Part shown: in pieces, positions 21,650-31,761 of the stretch
How the letters are laid out: each line of letters starts with the position of its first letter
Position numbering within the stretch: the stretch's first letter is position 1
Source of the DNA: Flexibacter sp. CG_4_10_14_3_um_filter_32_15
GTDB lineage: Bacteria > Bacteroidota > Bacteroidia > Cytophagales > Bernardetiaceae
Direction of reading: 5' to 3'
Length of the DNA: 55,331 bases
Assembly: GCA_002784125.1 (NCBI GenBank)
Contig: PFKD01000192.1
Coordinates: 1-55,331, forward strand
Notes under the pieces: generated by a model
Database searches by the model: none
What the model was told of the DNA's origin: nothing
What the model saw: only the letters and a program-made list of their open reading frames with translations
Translations under genes and position numbers: made by a program

Positions 21650-24304
21650 TCAAAAATTATATGAACCTTGTATTAAAAAATGGCGTGGCAAAATACTACT
21701 TTGATAAAGAGAAGAAGAAAAATCATTCACTTGAATTTGCTCAAAATTTTGAATATTGAGAAGATTTTTTGCGCTTAGATGATATTGCCATTTTTTGTTT
21801 TTTGGACGAAAACGAATATTTCCACTCAAAAACCAATAGTTATTTTCAAGTTGGTCTAAGTTGGGTAAAAAGTATTCTGATGTAAGATACATAAACCATT
21901 TTTGAGTGGGTTGTATCAAAATTTTGAATTTATGTTTCAGACTGGTATTGATAAATTCTGTATCACTTTCTTCATTCTGACTTCTATTTTGGCTTATATC
22001 AAATGTATTTTCAAAATTTATGGCTATATCAAAATGTGTTTTGAGAAATATATTGCTATGAAAATTATTAGTTTGATTGTTTCTTAGTTCCGACGCATTG
22101 ACAATATTATTGTAGCTAAAACGAGAATAATCTGCATCTACACGAAGCGTTGAGTTAATCCAATCTATATACTTTCCAACTTTGAAATTAAGAGTAGTAG
22201 AAGCTGTAGGAACATTTAAAAAGAAAGCTGTATTCCGTATTAATGTAGGAGAAAGCTCTACTTGATTGAAAAATCCACCTTCATTGCGATTATGAAAAAT
22301 GCCCAGTTGCATATCAAACTGTTTGCTCAAATTATTATTGAAATAAAATAAACTGTATGAAAATCTATTGGTCAGACTCAAATTTGGAATGTTGCTTCTA
22401 AGCAAACGAGAAGTAGCGAGTACATCGTTTCTAAAAAAGTGATTTTCTTCATTTGGTTCTAAATTATATCCAACTTTTCCACTCAAAGAAGAAACTTCAT
22501 TGAGCTTATATTTTACTGATAAAGCAGGTTCGAGAAGAATATTCTGTGCCTCCAAATTTAGATTTTCTGTATTTTGGTAGTCTAGGTTTTGCCATAAATA
22601 ACTTAACGAATAAGTAGGCGAAATTTTGAAACGATGCCATCTAAAATGATATGCACCCAGTTGATAAATTTTGAAACGATTATAACCAAAATCATTTTCA
22701 GAAATGGGAACTATCGTTTGATGGGTTGTGCTATTTAGTAAAGAAAAATAAGGTGTGTTTTCATTTCTAATTCCCAATTCAAAAGCATATCTATCTTCCT
22801 TACGTGCGCCCAATAATGTTATTTTTGCTGTGGTATGATTTCTAATAAATTTACTTTCTTGCTTATTTTCTGAAACAGAATCGGTAAAAGAAAGCGAAGT
22901 AGTAAATTGTTGAGGAAGTGAGTTGTGCGTATTCAAAACCAATAGTTGAAGTACCTTTTGTTTGGTTAATTTTTGTGTAAATACTAGCTCTTGCTTAGAA
23001 AAAAAATCAGTTGTTTTTAGGTCTAAAGAAATAGGTGTTATCTGATTTTGGAGAATAAAAGTAGGAGTGATTATATTTTCTTGCCTAATTCTGGCTTTAT
23101 ATTCCAAAAGAGAATTTTTAGATGTATTGTATTTTATTTCTACGTCGGCTCTGTATTGTGTAGGTTTTTTCTTTATGGAAATAGCATCAGAAGTAACAAA
23201 AGAACTATCAGCTAAACTGTACGTATTTTTGATAAATTGATTATTGGTTATTCTGTCGTGAATGGCATACAAATTCAATTTTATACTCATTCTTTTTTTG
23301 ATACGAAAAATACCATTGTAATTTCCAAAAAACTGACTGTTTACATTTACTAATCTACTTTCCAAAAAATTACTGAAGTAACTTTCAGGAATTATTTTTT
23401 TGGCGTACCAATCTCTTTCACTAAGCTGCTCGGCATTGAGAGAAAAAGCAAAATAATCAAAAGGAGAGCGATTAGAGCCTACATTATTGTAACTCAATGT
23501 AGAAAAAGATTTATAACCTTTCGTAATGCTAAGAATATTTGTGTTCAGATTAGCTGCGAGCCTGTCGGTATCAAATGCTCCTGTTTCTATATCAATATTT
23601 CCCGATAAATCTACTTTTCCTTTTTTGAGTTTGAGGTTTAGAGCTACTTTTTCTCCGTTATCTACGTCTTTCAAGAGATGGTTTTCATTGTAGTTTTCGA
23701 TGGCTTCTACTTGCTCCACCATATCTACATTGATATTGCGTGTGCCGAGTGTGTAGTTTTGTCCGAAAAGATTATCTCCATCTAACGTAACCGTTTCTAC
23801 TGCTTTTCCCTTGTATTTTATCGCTCCTGTATTGTCATCTACTTCTACCCCCGGTAATTTTTTCAAAAGGTCTTCTACTTTTCGCTCCGAACCGTCCTTG
23901 AAAGCATCGGCTTCATAGATAAGCGTATCTCCTTTTTGCTCAAAACGCCTTGAGCCTTCAATCGTAATTTCTTTGAGCTGAGTAGTATCGATAGGCATTA
24001 CAAAATCTACTGTATATGTTTTATTTTTTTGGGGAGTAAAGATAAGTTTGGTTTGTGATAAATATCCCATTGACCTTACTTCAATCAGCAGAGTATCATA
24101 ATCTTTCTTGAAGGTGTAAGAATAATTACCATTTTTAGCAATCACAAATTCTTTAATGCTGGTAGGCTTATTTGCTTCTTTGAATAATACATTTCCTGTA
24201 AAGAGTGTGTTTCCTTCGTTTGTGGTTATGAATCCTTTTATTTTTTGGGCGTGGAGCGAAGAAGTAAATAAAATAAATAAGAAAAGTAAGTATAATTTTT
24301 TCAT
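21650..24304 (-). CDS. Outer-membrane beta-barrel protein with carboxypeptidase-regulatory-like N-domain
   Basis: Signal peptide, DTLIY...EDLLKKLPGVEVD, ALNLKLK, terminal YNF. Confidence 0.82.
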   Translation of the reverse strand: MKKLYLLFLFILFTSSLHAQKIKGFITTNEGNTLFTGNVLFKEANKPTSIKEFVIAKNGNYSYTFKKDYDTLLIEVRSMGYLSQTKLIFTPQKNKTYTVDFVMPIDTTQLKEITIEGSRRFEQKGDTLIYEADAFKDGSERKVEDLLKKLPGVEVDDNTGAIKYKGKAVETVTLDGDNLFGQNYTLGTRNINVDMVEQVEAIENYNENHLLKDVDNGEKVALNLKLKKGKVDLSGNIDIETGAFDTDRLAANLNTNILSITKGYKSFSTLSYNNVGSNRSPFDYFAFSLNAEQLSERDWYAKKIIPESYFSNFLESRLVNVNSQFFGNYNGIFRIKKRMSIKLNLYAIHDRITNNQFIKNTYSLADSSFVTSDAISIKKKPTQYRADVEIKYNTSKNSLLEYKARIRQENIITPTFILQNQITPISLDLKTTDFFSKQELVFTQKLTKQKVLQLLVLNTHNSLPQQFTTSLSFTDSVSENKQESKFIRNHTTAKITLLGARKEDRYAFELGIRNENTPYFSLLNSTTHQTIVPISENDFGYNRFKIYQLGAYHFRWHRFKISPTYSLSYLWQNLDYQNTENLNLEAQNILLEPALSVKYKLNEVSSLSGKVGYNLEPNEENHFFRNDVLATSRLLRSNIPNLSLTNRFSYSLFYFNNNLSKQFDMQLGIFHNRNEGGFFNQVELSPTLIRNTAFFLNVPTASTTLNFKVGKYIDWINSTLRVDADYSRFSYNNIVNASELRNNQTNNFHSNIFLKTHFDIAINFENTFDISQNRSQNEESDTEFINTSLKHKFKILIQPTQKWFMYLTSEYFLPNLDQLENNYWFLSGNIRFRPKNKKWQYHLSAKNLLNIQNFEQIQVNDFSSSLYQSSILPRHFLIQGSYNF

Positions 24305-24332
24305 AACCTTATCAAGACTTTTTTTTAAATAC

Positions 24333-24364
24333 AAACCCTAAGAATCTTTGAGATGCTTAGGGTT
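24333..24364. repeat. AAACCCTAAG...CTTAGGGTT palindrome (second copy 42615-42648)
   Basis: Two dispersed intergenic hairpins with shared arms. Confidence 0.55.
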
Positions 24365-24401
24365 CTGCTGATTTATAAAACTATTTTAGTTGGAGTGGAA
24401 A

Positions 24402-24734
24402 CTAAAATGTATAGCCAAGTTCTTTTGTAGCTTCTAAAAAATCCTTCATTAGTTTTGACGTTGTATAACAAGTGCTTGACTTCATACTTACATTAATCGG
24501 CTCATTATCACTAGATAAAATAGTTACTTCTATGGTACAAGACTTAACACTTAGCTCCATTTTCATTATCGACTCCACTTCTTTCATTACCGTTTCATAA
24601 TCTCCAGTAATGGAAAAAGTATAATCTTTGTCTTCTACTACATGACTGTAATTCATTTCAGAATAAGAATTAGACACAGCAAAAGAGGATGGAATCACAC
24701 ATAAAAATACACAGGCTAAAATTAGATGTTTCAT
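24402..24734 (-). CDS. Small secreted hypothetical protein with Cys pair
   Basis: Signal peptide (SSFA|V); SCTIEV...SSTCY. Confidence 0.65.
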   Translation of the reverse strand: MKHLILACVFLCVIPSSFAVSNSYSEMNYSHVVEDKDYTFSITGDYETVMKEVESIMKMELSVKSCTIEVTILSSDNEPINVSMKSSTCYTTSKLMKDFLEATKELGYTF

Positions 24735-24788
24735 AAATAATTGATTTTCAAATAGATAATTTAGATAAAAAGAACAAGATGATTTTTT

Positions 24789-25529
24789 CTATTCGCTTCT
24801 TGTTTTGGTAACTTCGATAGTTTCTGGTGTGTCAATATTTGGTTCTCCTTTCAGACCTCTTTGTGCTGCCATAGCTTTTATTTTTTTAATCATTTTTTCA
24901 CGTAGCTCATCACCTATAGTTATAAACTCTTCTTGTGTTACCTGTTTGTCATCACTAGGAAAGACTGTAAAATCAAAATCTACATTTTGAGTTATTTTTG
25001 TTGCTTTCCATTCATAAGCCTTATCGACATCATAGGCATAAATGATAAGACCGGGCAGCCCACTTAACTTCCAAGGTCCTTTATCTAATGGAATTTCACT
25101 GGTGTACCACGCATAAAATTTTCTACCGTAGCAAACAGTTGTCGCCAACTGACAGGTATAATTTCCTATCTGCTTTGTAGAATCTATCAGTTCCCAGTTT
25201 AGAGGAGTAAAAAGACTATCGACAATAACGAAATGACTATCTCTAAACGCACGACTGCGCTCATACATCAATTCTTTTGGGTGATTGATGTAAATATAAA
25301 GTCCTATTTCATCATCAAAACTTCTCATATTTCTACCTGTGGTACTGGTAAGTATTCTTCCTTCAATAGGCTTTGAAACAGAAAGGCTATCATTAAAATA
25401 AACAATTTCTTTGTCATAATGTGTCATGGAAAATCTATAACCTTCTCTACTGTACTCTACTTCTGTAACTTGTGCAAAAGCAGGAATTACCAAAAAACAG
25501 AGTAGAACTAATAGTAAATTCTTTTTCAT
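24789..25529 (-). CDS. GLPGLI family protein
   Basis: GPWKLSGLPGLI, IGNYTCQLA, AWYTSEIP; signal peptide. Confidence 0.92.
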   Translation of the reverse strand: MKKNLLLVLLCFLVIPAFAQVTEVEYSREGYRFSMTHYDKEIVYFNDSLSVSKPIEGRILTSTTGRNMRSFDDEIGLYIYINHPKELMYERSRAFRDSHFVIVDSLFTPLNWELIDSTKQIGNYTCQLATTVCYGRKFYAWYTSEIPLDKGPWKLSGLPGLIIYAYDVDKAYEWKATKITQNVDFDFTVFPSDDKQVTQEEFITIGDELREKMIKKIKAMAAQRGLKGEPNIDTPETIEVTKTRSE

Positions 25530-25788
25530 TGTGTTATTAAAAATTAAAACCAACAAAACATCTTACAATATAAATATTTTGTTGGTTTAGTTCATAAATA
25601 ATTTTACTTACTCCCAATAAACTTCTTCTATTATCTTACGATGGATAGGAATTAGTATTGTACAATTTTCTAACATTGCAAACCTAAAAAAAAAAGGATA
25701 TTTTCAAATTCATTATGTTAAATAAAGTTAATTTTAATTTTTCTTGCTTTATGTAAGCCTTTTGAGTACTAGAATTGATTTTTAAGAT

Positions 25789-27255
25789 TTACTCTATTCC
25801 ATATTCAGCCATCATATAAGTAAGACTTGCCATGGCAGCAGCTCCTAACAAAAATTCTCTTTCATGAACAGCTTCAAAAATGTCTGTTTTGGCATGATGA
25901 TGGTCAAAATAACGCTGCGAATCAGGCTCTAAACCAATTAAAAGTGTTCCAGATTCTCCTAAAGGACGAATGTCTGTTCCTCCATAACCGTATTCTATTT
26001 TGTGTAAATTATACGGCTCAAACAAAGGCAACCACTTTTGAATAATTTCAAGACGAGTAGAGTCCTGTACTCTAAAACCTCGTGGCGTAAACCCTCCACT
26101 ATCTGATTCAAGTGCTGCAATGTGATTTTCGCCTTTTTCTTTTGCTACTCGTGCATACTCTTTTGCTCCTCTTGCGCCATTTTCTTCATTCATAAACAAG
26201 ACACAACGAATTGTTCTTTTTGGTTTGGTTTCTAACTTTTGAATTAATCTCAATACTTCAACCGATTGCAAACAGCCTGTTCCGTCATCGTGCGCTCCTT
26301 CTCCCAAATCCCAAGAATCCAAATGACCTCCAACTGTGATTATTTCTTCTGGCTTTTCTCTTCCTCTCCATTCTCCAACTACATTATAAGAAAGAACATC
26401 TGGCAAAGTTTCGCAGTTTAATTGCAATTCCATTTCTACTGATTTACTTTCTTTTTTAGCTTTAACTAACAATTTTTCTAAGTAATTAGCCGAAATTGTA
26501 CTAAGCGCAGCAGCAGGAATTTTTTTTCCATCTTCTTCGTAAACCATCACGCCTGTATGGGGGTGGTTGTCAGTTGCAAGTGTTAAAGAACGCAATAAAA
26601 ATGCTTTTGCGCCAACTTTTGCAGCATAATTTGCACCACGAACACGCACAGAAGAACAAGCACCATACGCCGAACCCGTATTTATAAATTTTGCTTCCAT
26701 AGGTTGAGTTACAAAAATTATTTTGCCTTCATATTTTTTAGCTTCTTCTTTTGATAAATTTTCTAAATCAGCTAAAGAATTTACGGCTATTATTTCAGAT
26801 TTGATTCTTCCATCTGTTCCAACAGAACCACCTAAAGCCGTAATATCAAGGACTTTTTGATTAATTTTATTCTTGTCATTACTAATAATCTGACAAAATT
26901 CTTTTTCGCCTCTTTCCCAGTGAGGAACCATAACAGGCTGTAAATAAACGCTATCCAAATTCATCGAATCCAAAACTCGTTGCATATATTCGACAGCTTT
27001 TTGAGCATTTTCTGAGCCACTCAAGCGTGCGCCAATATCTTTACATAAATAACGAAGTTGAGCATAAGCAGGCGAACCTACCAAGGCATCATCATGAAAA
27101 GAACGCAAAACGGTTTCAGGAGCAGGAACTTCAGTTTTGGTTTTATCAGAATCGTTTGAATTATAATTTGGAGGAGCTTCAGCAGTTGTGCAAGAGAACA
27201 AAAACAAGCCACTAAAAAAGACAAGAATAACGAAAGAAAAAGTATTTTTTTTCAT
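25789..27255 (-). CDS. M28 family peptidase (carboxypeptidase Q-like), lipoprotein
   Basis: GGHLDSWD, GAHDDG, NEENG, ESDSG, YFDHHH; lipobox LFSC. Confidence 0.88.
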   Translation of the reverse strand: MKKNTFSFVILVFFSGLFLFSCTTAEAPPNYNSNDSDKTKTEVPAPETVLRSFHDDALVGSPAYAQLRYLCKDIGARLSGSENAQKAVEYMQRVLDSMNLDSVYLQPVMVPHWERGEKEFCQIISNDKNKINQKVLDITALGGSVGTDGRIKSEIIAVNSLADLENLSKEEAKKYEGKIIFVTQPMEAKFINTGSAYGACSSVRVRGANYAAKVGAKAFLLRSLTLATDNHPHTGVMVYEEDGKKIPAAALSTISANYLEKLLVKAKKESKSVEMELQLNCETLPDVLSYNVVGEWRGREKPEEIITVGGHLDSWDLGEGAHDDGTGCLQSVEVLRLIQKLETKPKRTIRCVLFMNEENGARGAKEYARVAKEKGENHIAALESDSGGFTPRGFRVQDSTRLEIIQKWLPLFEPYNLHKIEYGYGGTDIRPLGESGTLLIGLEPDSQRYFDHHHAKTDIFEAVHEREFLLGAAAMASLTYMMAEYGIE

Positions 27256-27555
27256 AGGGGAAATTGTAGAAATGAAATTCTATTTTGAGATAAATTAAGC
27301 TAGAAATATAATTTTCTGATTTTTGGTCATTCAAATTTTACACAAAAAATACTGATAAAAAAAATATTTATGAGCGTAGTAACTATTCTAACTAAAATTA
27401 ACAAAAAATATCTTCTAAAATCACTAAAATTCTCATCAACAAAGTTTTAATGGATTTTAAATTTAGATTTTTGCTGCAAAAAAAGTATATTGCCTTATAA
27501 AACAAAACGACGTTTTTGTTTAGTCGATTATTTTTCCATTTTGATAAGTGTTAGT

Positions 27556-28413
27556 ATGCAAAAAATTTTAGTTCCAGTAGATTTTTCTAAGCCGTCAGAG
27601 GCTGCTCTAAATTATGCTTTACATTTTGCTCAAGTGATTGGCTCAGAGGTTATTTTGCTTCATGTGGCTTGTGCGCCTTTGCCCTCTGCTACTAATTACC
27701 ATCTTCATGTAGGATTATTGAAGGAAGAGGTAGAAAAAGGAAAAGCAAAATTAGATGAGTATATTAATCAATTTTCTGAATTGACTTATTTAGATGGTAG
27801 TGGAAAACTCAAAATCACGCCTGTTTTGGAGAGTGAAAATGGAATAATTCCTTCTATCGAAAAAGTAGCAAAAGAATATAATGCTTTTTTGGTTGTTATG
27901 GGAACACACGGCATGACACGAGCAGAAGAAATTTTGTTGGGAAGTGTAACGGCAGATATTATTGCTTCTAACAAAACACCTGCTGTTTTAGCTGTTCCTA
28001 GTGATGCGATTTTTACGAAATGGGAACGTATCGTTTATGCTGCTGATTTTTCTGCAAAAGATGAAAAAGTAATTGATATTCTTTTAGAACTGGCTAGTTA
28101 TTTTCCAAATTCAAAAGTAGATTATTTACATATCAGTAACGAAAAAGAACGCATTGAAGATATTGATAGGCTCTATCATTTAAAGAGGGTTTTCAAAGAT
28201 ATTCCTGTTTCGATGTTGGATTTTAGATTCAAAGAAAATGAAGACTTAGATGAAGGAATAGACAGTTATTTAGAAAATTATGAAACAAGTGTTTTGGTAA
28301 TGCTTACACATCATCGCAACTTCTTTGAGAGTTTGTGGCATAGAAGCCAAGCAAAAGAAATAAGTTTTCATACTGAAGTGCCTTTGTTTGTTTTGAAAAC
28401 AAATACAATATAA
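27556..28413 (+). CDS. Universal stress protein (tandem USP domains)
   Basis: KILVPVDFS, VVMGTHG...LLGSVT. Confidence 0.9.
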   Translation: MQKILVPVDFSKPSEAALNYALHFAQVIGSEVILLHVACAPLPSATNYHLHVGLLKEEVEKGKAKLDEYINQFSELTYLDGSGKLKITPVLESENGIIPSIEKVAKEYNAFLVVMGTHGMTRAEEILLGSVTADIIASNKTPAVLAVPSDAIFTKWERIVYAADFSAKDEKVIDILLELASYFPNSKVDYLHISNEKERIEDIDRLYHLKRVFKDIPVSMLDFRFKENEDLDEGIDSYLENYETSVLVMLTHHRNFFESLWHRSQAKEISFHTEVPLFVLKTNTI

Positions 28414-28461
28414 AAATAATTAAAAATTACGAAGTGAATATTAGGTAATTAAATCTTTCAA

Positions 28462-29514
28462 ATGATTGCATATTTTTTAAAAAAACTGGGATATGGATTT
28501 CTAGTCATTTTTGGAGTGGCAGTAGTTGTGTTTTTTATATTTCACGCACTACCTGGTGACCCTACCAAAATGATTGCTGGTCCTCGTTCGACCCCTGAAA
28601 CGATTGCTACTATCAAAGCTGATTTGGGTTTAGATAAGCCTTTGACTACTCAATTTGCTTATTATTTGAATGATTTATCTATTGTATCTGTCCATGAGGA
28701 TACCAAGAAAAATGAATTAAAATATGGGTATTTCAAACTCTTTAGTATTTCTGATAATGCTTTCGTAATTAAAAAATCGTATTTAAGAAAATCCTACTAT
28801 ACCAACAACCGAGTAGATGATATGCTCTTCGAAAGGGTCAGTGCAACACTTGTTTTGTCGGTAGCTGCAATGATTTTTGCTACTTTTTTTGGGATTATTT
28901 TTGGGATTATTTGTGCGCTCAGACAGAATTCTTTTTTAGACCATGCTTTGGTTTCTATTTCTGTTTTGGGTATTTCTACGCCCTCTTTTGTAGCAGCTAT
29001 TTTTATAGCTCTTATTTTTGGTTATTATTTGAGTGAATATACAGGACTTGATATGACAGGTTCGCTTTGGATTATAGATGTTTTTACAGGAAAAGAGTTG
29101 GCTCTCAAAAATATTATTTTACCTGCGCTTACCCTTGGTTTGCGTCCTTTAGCCATTATTACTCAACTGACACGCTCTTCGATGATAGAAGAACTCTCAA
29201 AGGATTATGTCAGAACGGCACAAGCAAAAGGACTTCCTCAGTACATGGTTATTTTCAAACATACACTCAAAAATGCTATCAATCCTGTCGTAACAGCTAT
29301 TTCAAACTGGCTTGCGACACTTATTGCAGGTGCTTTTTTTGTAGAATATGTATTTAGTTGGAAAGGGTTAGGTTGGCTGACTATTGATGCCGTACAAAAA
29401 CTTGACCTTCCTGTTGTGATGGGGGCAACACTCGTTGTCGCAGTGATTTTTGTATGTATTACGCTTGTTGTTGATTTGCTTTATGCGCTGCTTGATCCTC
29501 GTGTTAGGGCATAA
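28462..29514 (+). CDS. Peptide ABC transporter permease (DppB/OppB-like)
   Basis: LPGDP, DYVRTAQAKGL...KHTLKNA (EAA loop), DPRVR. Confidence 0.9.
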   Translation: MIAYFLKKLGYGFLVIFGVAVVVFFIFHALPGDPTKMIAGPRSTPETIATIKADLGLDKPLTTQFAYYLNDLSIVSVHEDTKKNELKYGYFKLFSISDNAFVIKKSYLRKSYYTNNRVDDMLFERVSATLVLSVAAMIFATFFGIIFGIICALRQNSFLDHALVSISVLGISTPSFVAAIFIALIFGYYLSEYTGLDMTGSLWIIDVFTGKELALKNIILPALTLGLRPLAIITQLTRSSMIEELSKDYVRTAQAKGLPQYMVIFKHTLKNAINPVVTAISNWLATLIAGAFFVEYVFSWKGLGWLTIDAVQKLDLPVVMGATLVVAVIFVCITLVVDLLYALLDPRVRA

Positions 29515-29541
29515 AAAAAACACTTGCTATACAAGTGTTTT
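29513..29541. terminator. Bidirectional terminator
   Basis: AAAACACTTG-ctata-CAAGTGTTTT between convergent genes. Confidence 0.6.
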
Positions 29542-29566
29542 ACAAGATATTTGAAAATCTAATTAT

Positions 29567-31075
29567 CTAATCTTTCAAGTTTTTAGGGCTTCTATCGACC
29601 TTAAATCCCATCAATAGAATATCATCAATTTGATGCTCATTTCCTTCTTTTATCCAATTTTCAAGGGTAGAGCTAAATGTTTCTTTTTGTTTTGAGAAAG
29701 GTTGAGAATAGTGTTCTAAAGCTAATTTTTTAAGATTTTTCTTCATAAACTTTCGTCCTGCTTTTCCTCCAAATTGATCTTGATAGCCATCTGAACCTGT
29801 GTAAAATACCGTTGGTTTTGAAATATCAATAACTTGTTTAGTATATTGTCTATCTTTTCCATAATGATTACTACCTATCGGTTTTTTATCAGCTTCTATT
29901 TCCTTGAGTTCATTATTTTGAATGCAGTAAATAGAACTCATAGCTCCTGCAAATTCAGCAATCGGAATAGAATCATAGATAACCAAAACACTTACGTCCA
30001 TTCCGTCCGAACTTTTACCTTGATCTTGTTGTAATGATTTATAGATATAATCGTGTAAATGATTGAGTATTTTGTCAGCTCTAAAAACACCTTCTTGAAA
30101 AACAATAGAGTTGAGTCCTGTAACACCCAACATAGACATAAATGCCCCTGGTACTCCATGTCCAGTACAGTCGGCTGTTACAATAATAGCACAATCTTCT
30201 AATTTTTCAAACCAATAAAAATCTCCAGAAACAATATCACGAGGTTTATTAAGTATGAAAAACTCATCATTGAAATAACTTTTAATTTTTTTATCGATGG
30301 GTAAAAGTGCATTTTGAATACGACTAGCGTATAAAATACTTGCTTTTACTTCGTCGTTTTGTTTTTCTATAAATTTATTTTTCTCTCGGACTACATCTAA
30401 AATAGTAGCTAATTCTTCTTTTTGTTGAAATAATTCTTCATTGCTAGCTGAAATTTCATCTTGTTGTTCTGTAAGTTGTAGATTTTTTTCTTCTACTATT
30501 CTCATGGCTTCATTTTTTCCAGTTTCAAAAATTAAATTGCATAAGAATATTACCAATACAAAACCAGAAAGAGCCATAGCATCAAAAGGTATTACCCATT
30601 CCTTATTAAAGGTAATATCGAATTGATGACCTTGATATTGAGGAATTGCAAAAGCATATACAACTAAAATCATGATTACTGTCCAGAACCAAGCAGACTT
30701 TTTATCTAATAATAACAAAGCCATCACAGGAGTAATAGCCAACCATGGAGTTATAGCAGAAAATAATCCTCCAGAGTAATAAATGAGTATAAATGTAGCT
30801 ATAGAGGATGTTATCATAAAAAAATGAGCTAACAAACCTATTTTATTTGGTACTCTCAAAATAAATGGAGCTACTAAATAAGCAAAACCTAATACAAGAG
30901 TAATATAAAATCCAGCATCAAACTCAATAATTAAACTAATCAATGTATAGGAAAAAGCAAATAATACAACAACTAAATAACTATTTAAAACTAGAGTTGA
31001 TCTAGTTTTATCAACTTTACTATTTAGGTAACAAGGGTTTATATATAATTGGTGTATTTTATTTAGTAATTTCAT
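29567..31075 (-). CDS. Membrane sensor SpoIIE/PP2C phosphatase
   Basis: About 6 TM helices, coiled coil, VSGDFYW, DCTGHGVPGAFMS, DGMD, QIDDIL. Confidence 0.88.
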   Translation of the reverse strand: MKLLNKIHQLYINPCYLNSKVDKTRSTLVLNSYLVVVLFAFSYTLISLIIEFDAGFYITLVLGFAYLVAPFILRVPNKIGLLAHFFMITSSIATFILIYYSGGLFSAITPWLAITPVMALLLLDKKSAWFWTVIMILVVYAFAIPQYQGHQFDITFNKEWVIPFDAMALSGFVLVIFLCNLIFETGKNEAMRIVEEKNLQLTEQQDEISASNEELFQQKEELATILDVVREKNKFIEKQNDEVKASILYASRIQNALLPIDKKIKSYFNDEFFILNKPRDIVSGDFYWFEKLEDCAIIVTADCTGHGVPGAFMSMLGVTGLNSIVFQEGVFRADKILNHLHDYIYKSLQQDQGKSSDGMDVSVLVIYDSIPIAEFAGAMSSIYCIQNNELKEIEADKKPIGSNHYGKDRQYTKQVIDISKPTVFYTGSDGYQDQFGGKAGRKFMKKNLKKLALEHYSQPFSKQKETFSSTLENWIKEGNEHQIDDILLMGFKVDRSPKNLKD

Positions 31076-31081
31076 TTTTCA

Positions 31082-31741
31082 TTATTTATTTTTTCTTCGT
31101 TTCTTATATAGTAATAAAGTATAGCATAAATCAAGAATAAAAATAATAACTCCTAGTGAAACTAAAAGATAATTTCCTTGCCAATGTATAGCTGCAAAAA
31201 TACCAACGAATGCAGTTCCAAACATTTTTGTCCAAGCTACTGTGTAAGAAAAATTATTTAGATACTTAATATCAACATTTAAAATGACATAGTTATATAA
31301 TACTGATATTACGATATTAATTACAAAAGCTGATAATGCACCTACGACATCATCATATTTTAAATACATCATAAAGTAGATAATAGCAAACCAACTAATA
31401 AAATTAAATGATAAAATCAACTTAAAATATTTTTTGATTGCTGGAGTAAAAACTAGCTTATCTCCATATCTGTAAGCTCCATATAAAATATAAAGGTCTA
31501 GAAAAAACCAACCAGCATAGGCAATATTATAAAATTTACCCATATCTGTAAGGAATATGAAACTTTTTAAAAATTCCCAAGATATATTTGCACATACCAC
31601 CCAAGCAGGAATTTCACAAAATTTATTTTTATATAAACTGTATATAGTAACTGCATATACGACAAACCATAAAGCACAACCCAAGGCAAAAATAATTTGC
31701 TCAGATATAGTATAATCGACAAGGTTAAACCACTCATTCAT
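31082..31741 (-). CDS. PaxB/Pyr4-like integral membrane (terpene cyclase-type) protein
   Basis: 219 aa, about 7 TM; W..VY, ANISWE (NxxWE), WFFLDL, AWTKMFGT, IFILDLCY. Confidence 0.65.
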   Translation of the reverse strand: MNEWFNLVDYTISEQIIFALGCALWFVVYAVTIYSLYKNKFCEIPAWVVCANISWEFLKSFIFLTDMGKFYNIAYAGWFFLDLYILYGAYRYGDKLVFTPAIKKYFKLILSFNFISWFAIIYFMMYLKYDDVVGALSAFVINIVISVLYNYVILNVDIKYLNNFSYTVAWTKMFGTAFVGIFAAIHWQGNYLLVSLGVIIFILDLCYTLLLYKKRRKNK

Positions 31742-31761
31742 ACATAAAATTAATTATTTAT

